This document shows positions 18,253-29,901 of a stretch of 64,000 nt of DNA, one piece after another. The notes beneath the pieces were generated by a model. It did not search any database, was not told the origin of the DNA, and was given only the letters and a program-made list of their open reading frames with translations. Positions within the stretch are counted from its first letter, which is position 1; each line of letters opens with the position of its first letter. Source of the DNA: Planctomycetota bacterium (GTDB lineage: Bacteria; Planctomycetota; PLA2; JAEUHO01). The stretch lies in the NCBI GenBank assembly GCA_050248855.1, contig JBFWRP010000008.1, positions 1 to 64,000 of the forward strand. The letters are read 5' to 3'. The translations under genes and the position numbers were made by a program.

Positions 18253-19812
18253 CTACGAGGTCGCGACCTCGCCGGGACGGCCGAAGGCGGGGTCGAGGTG
18301 GCCCTTGAAGCCCTGCACGGCCGTGCGCTGCATGTAGAAGAGCAGGCCGCGCTCGCCGCCGAGCTCCTCGCCGCCGCCGGCGCGACCGGGGCCGCCGTGG
18401 ATCATGTTTGCCAACACGGTGCCGGGCGGCATCGTCTGCTCCGCGCATTTGGCCGTGCCGATCCAGACCCGGCCGTTCCATGGCGCGAGCCCGAGGACGG
18501 CCCGCTCCATCCACGCCGCGTCGTCCGTGTAGAGGCTCGTCACGAGGCTGCCGTCGCCGCGGGCCACGAGGCGCGCGGCCTCCTCGGGCGAGCCGTCGTA
18601 GGGCAGCAGCGTCGCCACGGGGCCGAACACCTCGTGTTCGTGGACCACGTCCACGTCGGCGTCCGAGGCCTCGAACAGCGTCGGCGCGACGAACCAGCCC
18701 TTCTCGTGGACGGGCGCCGAGCCGCCGACCACGGTCGTGAGCGCCCCCGCGAAACGGTCGATGCCCTCACGCACGCTCTTCAGCTGGCTCTTGCTGGCGA
18801 GCGGTCCCATCGTGGTCCCGTCCGCGCGCGGGTCCCCCGTGACGATGCCGGCGAGCTCGGCAACGAGGGCATCGCGCACGGCGGCCAAGCGGTCCGTCGG
18901 CACCAGGATGCGACGTACCGCCGTGCACTTCTGGCCGGTCTTCTGGCGCATGTCGAGCGCCACGTTGCGCACGAAGAGGCGCCAGCTCTCGTCGCCCTCG
19001 TCCAGGTCGGGCGCCAGGATCGCACTGTTCAGCGAGTCGGCCTCGCCGTTGAAGCGCGCGGCGTGCTCGAGGATCGCAGGCGTCGCACGGAGCTTGCGCG
19101 CCGTCCACGACGACCCGGTGAAGGCCACGCCGTCCTGGGCCCGCAGGCGGTCGAGCAGGTCGCCGGTGGAGCCGACCACCATCTGGAACGCGCCCTCGGG
19201 CAGGACGCCGCTCTCGGCCAGGATCCCGGCAATGCGCCATGCGACGAGGGCCGTGGCCGTGCCGGGCTTCTCGATCACGGGCACACCGGCCAGCCACGCG
19301 CACGCGGCCTTCTCCAGCATGTTCCACGCCGGGAAGTTGAAGGCGTTGATGTGGATCGCGGCCCCGAGCCGCGGCACGTAGACGTGCTGGCCCCACCAGC
19401 GGGCCGTGCGACCCAGCTGGATGCCGTCGCCGTCGGTGAGGAAGGTCCGATCGCCGAGCTTCTTGCCGAGGTAGCCGTAGGCCGACAGCGTGGCCGTGGC
19501 GCCGTCGACGTCGAACTTGCCGTCGCCGCGCGTCGTGCCGGCGTTGGCCGCACTGATGTCGAGCAGCTCCTCGCGATGGGCGTGGATGGCCTTGGACGCG
19601 GCCTGCAGCATCTCGCCACGCTCTGCGAACGACATCGCGCGAAGCGCCGGCCCGCCTTGCCGGTGGGCATGGGCGAGCACTTCGCCAAAGTCGATGCCCC
19701 CGCTACCGACGGTGGCCAGGACCTCCTCGGTCGAGGCGTCGGTCAACGCCTGCGGGGACTCCGTGCCCTTGTGCCAGCGACCGGCGACGTAGCTCGTGAG
19801 TTCCTGCGGCAT
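18253..19812 (-). CDS. Aldehyde dehydrogenase, 3,4-dehydroadipyl-CoA semialdehyde dehydrogenase (BoxD) / PaaZ N-domain type
   Basis: HINAFNFPAW, EADSLN, GQKCTA, HEVFGPV and HGGPGRAGGGEELGG; no MaoC domain. Confidence 0.85.
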   Translation of the reverse strand: MPQELTSYVAGRWHKGTESPQALTDASTEEVLATVGSGGIDFGEVLAHAHRQGGPALRAMSFAERGEMLQAASKAIHAHREELLDISAANAGTTRGDGKFDVDGATATLSAYGYLGKKLGDRTFLTDGDGIQLGRTARWWGQHVYVPRLGAAIHINAFNFPAWNMLEKAACAWLAGVPVIEKPGTATALVAWRIAGILAESGVLPEGAFQMVVGSTGDLLDRLRAQDGVAFTGSSWTARKLRATPAILEHAARFNGEADSLNSAILAPDLDEGDESWRLFVRNVALDMRQKTGQKCTAVRRILVPTDRLAAVRDALVAELAGIVTGDPRADGTTMGPLASKSQLKSVREGIDRFAGALTTVVGGSAPVHEKGWFVAPTLFEASDADVDVVHEHEVFGPVATLLPYDGSPEEAARLVARGDGSLVTSLYTDDAAWMERAVLGLAPWNGRVWIGTAKCAEQTMPPGTVLANMIHGGPGRAGGGEELGGERGLLFYMQRTAVQGFKGHLDPAFGRPGEVATS

Positions 19813-19905
19813 GACGGCTCCTCGATCGGGGTGCGGGGAGGGTAGCCGGGAGGCTGCTCGGGGAGCGCCCCGGGACGGAGTCCCGACCTCGCTCCGTGCC
19901 TGCGA

Positions 19906-20583
19906 TCAGGCGCCAGGCAGGCGCTCGCGGAGCCAGGCGCCGATCACCTCGATCTCCTCGAGGCATACCTCGTGCTGCATGGGCCACGTGCGCCACGTGA
20001 CGTCGTAGCCCGACGCCTCGAGCTGGTCGCGCGCGGCCTCGCCCCAGCCGACGGGGACCATCGGGTCGAAGGTGCCGTGGGCCATCAGGATCGGCGTGTG
20101 GGCATTGGCCTCCGACGCCTCGGCAGCCAGCTTCTCGCGCACCAGCATGTACGTCGAGAGCGCGAGGATCCCGGCCAGCGGCTGCTCCAAGCGCGTGCCC
20201 AGGTGCAGCGCCACGGCCCCCCCTTGGCTGAAGCCGGCCAGCACGATCCGGCGCGTGTCGATCCCGCGCTGGACTTCGCGTTCAATCAAGCGCTTCACGC
20301 GACCCGCCGACAGGCGCAGGCCGGCTTCGTCGTGGCGCATCGCGTCGAGGCGGCTGATGTCGTACCAGGCCGGCATCACCATCCCGAGGTTGAGCGTCAC
20401 GGGGATGGACGGCGCGTGGGGGAACACGAAGCGGATGCCGTGGGATCGGCCAAGACCCAGATGCGGCACGATCGGCTCGAAGTCGTGGCCATCCGCACCC
20501 AGGCCATGCAGCCAGATCACGGACGCATCGGCTTCGGCGGAGGGCTCGATCTCCACGCAAGGCAGCAAGGGCTCGTCGCTCAT
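19906..20583 (-). CDS. Phospholipase/carboxylesterase (alpha/beta hydrolase)
   Basis: WLHGLGADG, MPAWYDI, GFSQGG, HG-FDPMVP and a C-terminal catalytic His. Confidence 0.9.
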   Translation of the reverse strand: MSDEPLLPCVEIEPSAEADASVIWLHGLGADGHDFEPIVPHLGLGRSHGIRFVFPHAPSIPVTLNLGMVMPAWYDISRLDAMRHDEAGLRLSAGRVKRLIEREVQRGIDTRRIVLAGFSQGGAVALHLGTRLEQPLAGILALSTYMLVREKLAAEASEANAHTPILMAHGTFDPMVPVGWGEAARDQLEASGYDVTWRTWPMQHEVCLEEIEVIGAWLRERLPGA

Positions 20584-20634
20584 GGGGGGCGACGGTACCT
20601 GCGCGGCGTGTGCCGGGTAGGATCGCGCGCCCCG

Positions 20635-21813
20635 ATGGACGAGCGCTACCGCAGCGGGATCAACCACGACGTGCCGCCGGCGCGCCCCGGCGAGTTCCCG
20701 CCGCTGTGGATCGGACCGCTCGCGATCGACCCGCCGGTCGTCCTGGCGCCCATGGCCGGCGTCACGAACTACCCGTTCCGGGCGCTCTGCCGCCAGTTCG
20801 GCGCAGCCCACTACATCAGCGAGATGATCTCCGCGCGGGGCCTCGTGGAGCAGCACGCGGGCACGCTGCGCATCGCCGAGTTCGGCCCCGACGAGTCGCC
20901 CCGCGCGCTCCAGCTCTACGGCGTCGAGCCCGACAGCCTCGCGGAGGCCACGCGGCGCCTGGTGGGGGAGGGCCGCGTCGACCACATCGACATGAACTTC
21001 GGCTGCCCGGTGCGCAAGGTCACGAGCAAGGGCGGTGGCTCGGCGATCCCCGCCCATCCCCGCCTGCTCGCACGCCTCGTGCGGGCCGTCGTCGCCAACG
21101 CGGGCGAGGTGCCCGTCACCATCAAGTTCCGCCTCGGCCTCACCGACGAGGTCATGACGTGGCGCGACAGCGCCCGCGTCGGTGAAGACGAGGGCTGCGC
21201 AGCGGTCGGCCTGCATGCGCGTACCGCCGCGGACCTCTACGACGGCGAGGCGCGCTGGGAGCTGATCGGCGAGCTCAAGCAGCTCGTGTCGATCCCCGTG
21301 CTGGGCAACGGCGACATCTGGGAGGCGGAAGACGCGCTGCGCATGATGCGCAGCACGGGCTGCGACGGCGTGATCGTCGGCCGCGGATGCCTGGGCCGTC
21401 CGTGGCTGTTCCGCGACCTGGCCGACGTGTTCGCCGGGCGCGAGCCGCGGAACCCGCCGGGCCTCGGTGAGATCGTCGACATCCTGCTGGACCACGCCCG
21501 CCGCCTGGCCGCGTGGTTCGGCGAGCCGCGCGGCGTGCTGGCCATGCGTCGCTTCGGGGCTTGGTACACCAAGTCCTTCCCGGGCAGCGCGGAGCTGCGC
21601 ACACGGCTCGTACGCGTCTCCAGCGTGGCCGAGCTCGAGGAAGCCGTGCGCGGCGTCGACCGCGACGAGCCTTTCCCCGTGGCCGGGATGCGCGTGCGTC
21701 GCGGCAAGAGCAGCGGACGTCAGCAGGTGGCGCTGCCCGACGGCTGGCTCGCGCGCCGGGACGACGCCGCGAGCCCCGGCCTCGAAGCCGAGGACCTCGT
21801 CAGCGGGGGGTAG
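20635..21813 (+). CDS. dusB: tRNA dihydrouridine synthase B
   Basis: LAPMAGVT, QLYG, DMNFGCP, LHART, NGDI and GRGCLGRPW. Confidence 0.9.
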   Translation: MDERYRSGINHDVPPARPGEFPPLWIGPLAIDPPVVLAPMAGVTNYPFRALCRQFGAAHYISEMISARGLVEQHAGTLRIAEFGPDESPRALQLYGVEPDSLAEATRRLVGEGRVDHIDMNFGCPVRKVTSKGGGSAIPAHPRLLARLVRAVVANAGEVPVTIKFRLGLTDEVMTWRDSARVGEDEGCAAVGLHARTAADLYDGEARWELIGELKQLVSIPVLGNGDIWEAEDALRMMRSTGCDGVIVGRGCLGRPWLFRDLADVFAGREPRNPPGLGEIVDILLDHARRLAAWFGEPRGVLAMRRFGAWYTKSFPGSAELRTRLVRVSSVAELEEAVRGVDRDEPFPVAGMRVRRGKSSGRQQVALPDGWLARRDDAASPGLEAEDLVSGG

Positions 21814-21843
21814 CCGTCCGTGGTGTACGGAGTCGGGTGTGGT

Positions 21844-21941
21844 GTACGGAGTCGGGTGAGATTCCACCCTCGGGCCGCGGGGACTACACCCATGTGGTAG
21901 CGCGCAACGGCCCGAGGGTGGAATCTCACCCGACTCCGTAC
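21844..21941. repeat. 98-bp palindromic element, family A
   Basis: Perfect 34-bp arms GTACGGAGTCGGGTGAGATTCCACCCTCGGGCCG with a 30-nt spacer; partial extra ends at 21820-21838 and 21965-21978. Confidence 0.93.
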
Positions 21942-21989
21942 GGGACGATCCGCGTACGGGACGGACCCGACTCCGTACCGGCCCGCGAG

Positions 21990-24896
<2,907 letters not shown>

Positions 24897-25068
24897 GGCG
24901 GTCTCCGGTCCGGACGCGAGCGTGGGCTGGCGTTTTACCCCTTCCCGGCGCGTTCGCCGTGGTTGGGACGCTGCGGCAGGAGGCCCGTGACGTGCCCTGC
25001 GGGACTATCCTGCGCGCGGGGCGGTTCGTCCCGGAGACCGCCCCGGCCTTCGAGGAGACCCGTCGACC

Positions 25069-26265
25069 GTGATGGCCCTGCCGGATCCCGTTTCGTTGCG
25101 TTCCCGACGTCGCCTCGCGGCCGCGGTCGCTGCCCTGGCCCTCGTCGCTGCCGGTTGTGGGCACGACGGCACGGGCCGCGTCGGCGGCACGCGCGAGGTG
25201 GACACGCCGCCGGGCCCGGGCGTCATCCCCGAGGCCATGCGCCTGGGGGTCGAGCGCGCACCGGCCTTGCCGCCGGGGGGAGCGGGCTCGACCGCCGCGG
25301 CGCCCACGTGGCAGGTGGACCTTCCGAAGGGTTGGGTCCGGTTGGCGCCGCGCCCGTTCCGCGACGTCAACCTCGGCGTCGAGGCGGCCGAGGGCGTGGA
25401 GTGCTACCTCACCGTGACCGAGGCGGGCTCGGTGGGCGACAACGTGAACCGCTGGCGCGAGCAGCTGGGACAGGCGGCGCTCGGCGAGGACGAGCTGGCG
25501 GCACTGCCCCGGGAGCCGCTGGCGGGCGGCGAGGCCGTCTTCGTCGACCTGACGGGCGACATGGACGCGATGGGCACCCGTCGCACGGGCGTGCGTCTCC
25601 TCGGGCTCGTGCGTGCGAAGCCTGGCGAAGTGCTCACCCTCAAGCTCGTGGGACCGGCCGCTGCCGTCGAGGGGCTGGTGGATGAGTTCCTCGCCGTCGC
25701 TGCCGGACTGCGTCGCGGGGCCCCCGCGGCCTCGATGCCGCCCGGGCATCCGCCCCTGCCCACGGGCCATCCCCCCGTCACGGCACCCGGCGCGGGAGGA
25801 ACGGGCCCCGCCTTGCCCGCCCCGACCGATGGCGGCGGCTTGCGGTGGGACGTGCCCAAGGGCTGGCGGGGCGGGCCGCGCGTCATGTTCGCGACCGCCA
25901 GCTTCGAGGCCGGCGGCACGCCGCCCGTCCTGGTGACGCTGAGCGTGCTGGGCCAGGGCGCCGGCGGTTGGGAAGCCAATGCGGCGCGCTGGGCGGCCCA
26001 GGTCGGCGCCGAGGCGCCTGGTGACGGCGCCTACGAAGCGGCCGAGCAGATCGAGGCGCTCGGCACGCGCGGACCGCTCGTGCGCTACGACGGCACGCTG
26101 ACCACGCGCGACGGCCGCAGCGTGGGCGGCGCGTCGCTGGTCGCCATCTGGCTGCCGCGCGGCGAGGAGATCGTGATCATCAAGGCCGTCGGCCGCACGC
26201 CGGACATCAGCGCCGTGATGGACGAGGTGCGAGCCTTCGCGCGTTCGCTGGAGGCGACCCCGTGA
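25069..26265 (+). CDS. Lipoprotein with a duplicated domain, heading the cytochrome c maturation operon
   Basis: Lipobox VAAGC; two repeats (W..PKGW...N..RW..Q.G) separated by an MPPGHPPLPTGHPP linker. Confidence 0.75.
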   Translation: MMALPDPVSLRSRRRLAAAVAALALVAAGCGHDGTGRVGGTREVDTPPGPGVIPEAMRLGVERAPALPPGGAGSTAAAPTWQVDLPKGWVRLAPRPFRDVNLGVEAAEGVECYLTVTEAGSVGDNVNRWREQLGQAALGEDELAALPREPLAGGEAVFVDLTGDMDAMGTRRTGVRLLGLVRAKPGEVLTLKLVGPAAAVEGLVDEFLAVAAGLRRGAPAASMPPGHPPLPTGHPPVTAPGAGGTGPALPAPTDGGGLRWDVPKGWRGGPRVMFATASFEAGGTPPVLVTLSVLGQGAGGWEANAARWAAQVGAEAPGDGAYEAAEQIEALGTRGPLVRYDGTLTTRDGRSVGGASLVAIWLPRGEEIVIIKAVGRTPDISAVMDEVRAFARSLEATP

Positions 26266-27605
26266 CGAGCTCCTCCCCGCCGCCTCCCGTGGCGAGCACG
26301 AGTCCCCTCCCCTCCGCAGCCCACGCCACGTCGGCCCGGGGGGCGGCCGAGATGGCCGCGCGGATCGGCCGCGGGGTCGTGGCCTTCTTCTCGTCGTACC
26401 TGCTGGCCGTCGTCGTCTTGCTGTTGCTCCTGGTGCTGACCTACCTGGGCACGTTGGCGCAGCAGCACGACAACCTCTACAACGTCCAGCAGCGCTACTT
26501 CGAGTCGCTCTTCTTCGTGGAAGACGTCGGCGGCATCCCGATCCCGCTCCCGGGCGCCTACCTGTTGCTCGCCATCCTGTTCGTGAACCTCGTGGTCGGC
26601 GGCCTCGTGCGCATGAAGTACACGTGGACGCGCGCGGGCATCGTCCTGACGCACGTCGGCATGGCCGTGCTGCTCCTCGGCTCGTTCGTCGAGTTCCAGG
26701 TCTCGACGAAGGGCTACCTGGCGCTCTACGAGCAGGAGGAGTTCCAGGATCTCGACGAGGACGGCGTCTGGGACCCTGGCGAGCCGTTCGCGGACCGCGA
26801 TGGCGACAACGCGTGGACGCCTGGCGAGGTGGGCTCGACCTACCTGAGCCACTACGAGTGGGACCTCACGCTGACGCCGGCCCGCAGCGGGCCCCGGACG
26901 CAGGTCGTCCTGCCCTTCGAGGAGCTCGTCCGCGCCCAAGAGGCTCCCGTGCGCTTCGAGGGCTCGGGACTGCCGTTCCCGGTGGAGGTGCGCGGCTGGG
27001 CCCCCAACGCGCGTGTCGAAAGGACGCCGCCTGGCGCCACGTACGGCGTCGAGGGCCTGCAAGTGCGCTCCCTCGACGAGCATCCCGAGAAGAAGGAGCA
27101 CAACCGACCGGGCTGCTACGTACGGCTCTTCCCGCCGGGGCGTTCGCCGATCGACTTCATCGCGTGGTCCGGTGAGCAGGCTCCCTTCCGGGCCCAGACG
27201 CCCGACGGTGGCTGGGACGTCGCGCTCGACAGGCGGGGCTGGAAGCTGCCCTTCCAGGTGCGGCTCGACCGCTTCGTCAAGCGCATGTACCCCGGCACGA
27301 ACATGCCCAAGGAGTACTCGAGCCACATCACGAAGATCGAGCACGACGTGCCCGAGGGCCGGCACATCACGATGAACGAGCCCCTGCGCCACAAGGGCTT
27401 CATCCTCTACCAGTCCTCCTTTGCCCAGGACGTCGTCCCTGCGACGGGGCGCGAGCGCATGATCTCCGTGTTCGCCGTCGTCGAGAACCCGGCGGATCGC
27501 ATCCCCTGGTTTGCCGTCGGCCTCATCTTCCTGGGCTTGTTCTCCCACTTCTTCATTCGCCTCGTGCGCTACCTGGCCGCCGAGGCGCGGAGGCGCCACG
27601 CATGA
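26262..27605 (+). CDS. ResB/CcsB-like cytochrome c biogenesis protein
   Basis: Three N-terminal TM helices with GIVLTH-G, F-VRLDRF...YPGT..PK.YSS, ITMNEPL-H-G--LYQSS and a C-terminal TM helix. Confidence 0.85.
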   Translation: MTSSSPPPPVASTSPLPSAAHATSARGAAEMAARIGRGVVAFFSSYLLAVVVLLLLLVLTYLGTLAQQHDNLYNVQQRYFESLFFVEDVGGIPIPLPGAYLLLAILFVNLVVGGLVRMKYTWTRAGIVLTHVGMAVLLLGSFVEFQVSTKGYLALYEQEEFQDLDEDGVWDPGEPFADRDGDNAWTPGEVGSTYLSHYEWDLTLTPARSGPRTQVVLPFEELVRAQEAPVRFEGSGLPFPVEVRGWAPNARVERTPPGATYGVEGLQVRSLDEHPEKKEHNRPGCYVRLFPPGRSPIDFIAWSGEQAPFRAQTPDGGWDVALDRRGWKLPFQVRLDRFVKRMYPGTNMPKEYSSHITKIEHDVPEGRHITMNEPLRHKGFILYQSSFAQDVVPATGRERMISVFAVVENPADRIPWFAVGLIFLGLFSHFFIRLVRYLAAEARRRHA

Positions 27606-29788
27606 AGCCGCTCGCCCCGCTCGCGGGCCCGCCCACGCGTTCCGCGCTGCGCGTCGTCCTCGCCGTGGCCACTTTGGCCCTGGCCGCGGTCGTCGTCCTC
27701 GCGGCGTCGACGCGTCCCGTCGGCGCCGCCCCCGACGCGCCCCGGGGCGCGGGCGCAGAGAGCACCACCACGCGCTTGCCGCTCTGGACCGAGGACCTGC
27801 TCGACCTCGTGCGCCGCCTGCCGGTGCAGGAGGGCGGTCGCGTCAAGCCGCTCTCCACCTGGGCGCGCTTCACGCTGCTGCGCCTCAACGGCAAGGCCTC
27901 GTACGTGCCGGAACCGTCGACGGCTCCGGAAGGCGCTGCCGACGAGAGGCGCTCCGCCTTGGCCTGGGCGCTGGACTGCCTCTACTTCCCCGAGCTGGCC
28001 AAACGGCAGCGCACGTTCCTCATCGAGGAAGGCCAGGTCCTCGAAAGCCTGCGTCTCGAGATCCCCGATCGCAAGAAGCGCGACCGCTACAGCTACGCCG
28101 ACCTGGCGCCTGCGCGCGAGACGTTGAGGAGCCTGGCCACCGACTTCACCCGTCAAGTGCGCCAGAAGGAGGCACGCGACGGCAAGGTCCGCCACGGCGA
28201 CTTCACGCCCGCGCAGTGGGAGCTGCAGCGGCTGGACGCCAACGTGACCATCTACGAGCGCCTGCTGGCCACGCTGGACTTCGCGCGGGTCAAGGTCGAC
28301 GCCACGCCGCTTGCCGGCCACCTCGAGGGCCTCGCCGACCCGGCCCACGCGGCGCCCGTCGAGGTGCTGCGGCGGCTGCCGGCCGTCTGGAACCGTCTGC
28401 GGGACACGGCCACGCCGGGTGCCGACGGCGCGCCCACGTTCAGCGAGGAGGGCAAGGCCCTGCTCGAGGCGCTGTCCGTCGTCCGCACCCGCTTGCAGGA
28501 CATCGTGACGGAGCGCGACGCCTTGGCGCTGTTCCCGCCGGGTCCCCACGCGCTGGCGTCCGACACCTGGTTCGGTCCGCAGGAGGCCTTCTTGCGCGCC
28601 GAGGATGGCGGCCGACATGACCCGGTGCTGCTCGGCGCGCAGACCGACGACCCGCGCGTCGTCGAGGAGCGCATCGACGACTTCGCCGAGCAGATGACGT
28701 GGCTCGCAGGCTGGGGCGCCACGCTCGACGTCCGTACCGACCCGCATGCGATCGCCTCGCGCCTGGAGTCGGTTGCCGAGGGCGTCCAGACCGCCGCCAG
28801 TCGCCGCGGCGAGTACCGCAAGGTGGCCTTGGAGATCGCCTACTACCAGCTCGACCCCTTGTTCTTCGGCTTGTTGGCCTACGTGCTTGGCTTCGTCCTG
28901 CTGGCGTTCACCTGGTTGCTGCCGCGCGCCAAGTGGCTGTACGTCACCGCACTGGTCGCCCTGGGCATCGGGTTGGCGTTCCATCTCACCGGCATCACCA
29001 TGCGCTGCCTGATTCGCGGCCGCCCGCCGGTGAGCACGCTGTACGAGACCATCCTGTTCATCGGTGGCTGCATCGTGATCACGTGTCTCGCGATGGAGCG
29101 CATGAACCGCCAGCGTATTGCCGTCGTCCTGGCGGCGGTGCTAGGTGCCGCGAGTCTGTGGATGGCGCAAGGGTACGAGGTCTTCAAGGCCGAGGACACG
29201 ATGCCCGAGCTCCAAGCCGTGCTCGACACCAACTTCTGGCTCTCGACGCACGTCACCACGGTCACGCTGGGCTACGGGGCCGGCCTGTTGGCCGCGGCGC
29301 TCGGGCACATCTACCTGCTCGGCCGCATCTTCGGGTTCAAGAGCGGCGACGAGGGCTTCTACCGGACGATCACGCGAATGACGTACGGCGTGATCGCGTT
29401 CGGCCTGTTGTTCTCCGTGGTGGGCACGATCTTGGGCGGCGTCTGGGCCAACGACTCGTGGGGGCGCTTCTGGGGCTGGGACCCCAAGGAGAACGGCGCG
29501 CTCATGATCTGCTTGTGGGAGGTCGCCATCCTGCACGCGCGCATGGGGGGGTACCTCAAGTCGCATGGCCTGGCCCTGGCCGCCGTGGCCACGGGTCCCA
29601 TCGTGGCGTTCAGCTGGTGGGGCGTGAACTTGCTCGAGATCGGGCTCCACAGCTACGGCTTCACGACCGGCGTCGGGGCACGCCTGCGTGTCTACTACGT
29701 GCTGGAGGCCGCGGTCCTCCTGGCCGGTATCGCGTGGTGGCTCATGTCACGCCGCGCTCCGCGGCCGACCAGCGGCGGGACGGCGTAG
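27602..29788 (+). CDS. ccsA: Cytochrome c biogenesis protein CcsA/ResC with a large periplasmic domain
   Basis: GRVKP, GRPPVSTLYE, VLDTNFWLSTHV and the WWD motif WANDSWGRFWGWDPKE, GLHSYG. Confidence 0.9.
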   Translation: MKPLAPLAGPPTRSALRVVLAVATLALAAVVVLAASTRPVGAAPDAPRGAGAESTTTRLPLWTEDLLDLVRRLPVQEGGRVKPLSTWARFTLLRLNGKASYVPEPSTAPEGAADERRSALAWALDCLYFPELAKRQRTFLIEEGQVLESLRLEIPDRKKRDRYSYADLAPARETLRSLATDFTRQVRQKEARDGKVRHGDFTPAQWELQRLDANVTIYERLLATLDFARVKVDATPLAGHLEGLADPAHAAPVEVLRRLPAVWNRLRDTATPGADGAPTFSEEGKALLEALSVVRTRLQDIVTERDALALFPPGPHALASDTWFGPQEAFLRAEDGGRHDPVLLGAQTDDPRVVEERIDDFAEQMTWLAGWGATLDVRTDPHAIASRLESVAEGVQTAASRRGEYRKVALEIAYYQLDPLFFGLLAYVLGFVLLAFTWLLPRAKWLYVTALVALGIGLAFHLTGITMRCLIRGRPPVSTLYETILFIGGCIVITCLAMERMNRQRIAVVLAAVLGAASLWMAQGYEVFKAEDTMPELQAVLDTNFWLSTHVTTVTLGYGAGLLAAALGHIYLLGRIFGFKSGDEGFYRTITRMTYGVIAFGLLFSVVGTILGGVWANDSWGRFWGWDPKENGALMICLWEVAILHARMGGYLKSHGLALAAVATGPIVAFSWWGVNLLEIGLHSYGFTTGVGARLRVYYVLEAAVLLAGIAWWLMSRRAPRPTSGGTA

Positions 29789-29803
29789 AGGCACGGGGGC
29801 GGG

Positions 29804-29901
29804 GAACGGAGTCGGGTGAGATCCCAACCTCGGGCCGCGTTGTCCTCCCGCATGCGAGAGCGTGCCCCAGCCCGAGGTAGGGACCTCACCCGACTCCGGA
29901 C
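29804..29901. repeat. 98-bp palindromic element, family A
   Basis: Family A arms; spacer is the near-exact reverse complement of the 53303 copy. Confidence 0.9.

Noticed and set aside
24897..25068. Glycine riboswitch upstream of gcvP
   Set aside because: The conserved GGAGA...CCGAAG...CTCTCAGG aptamer pattern was not found on the minus strand.
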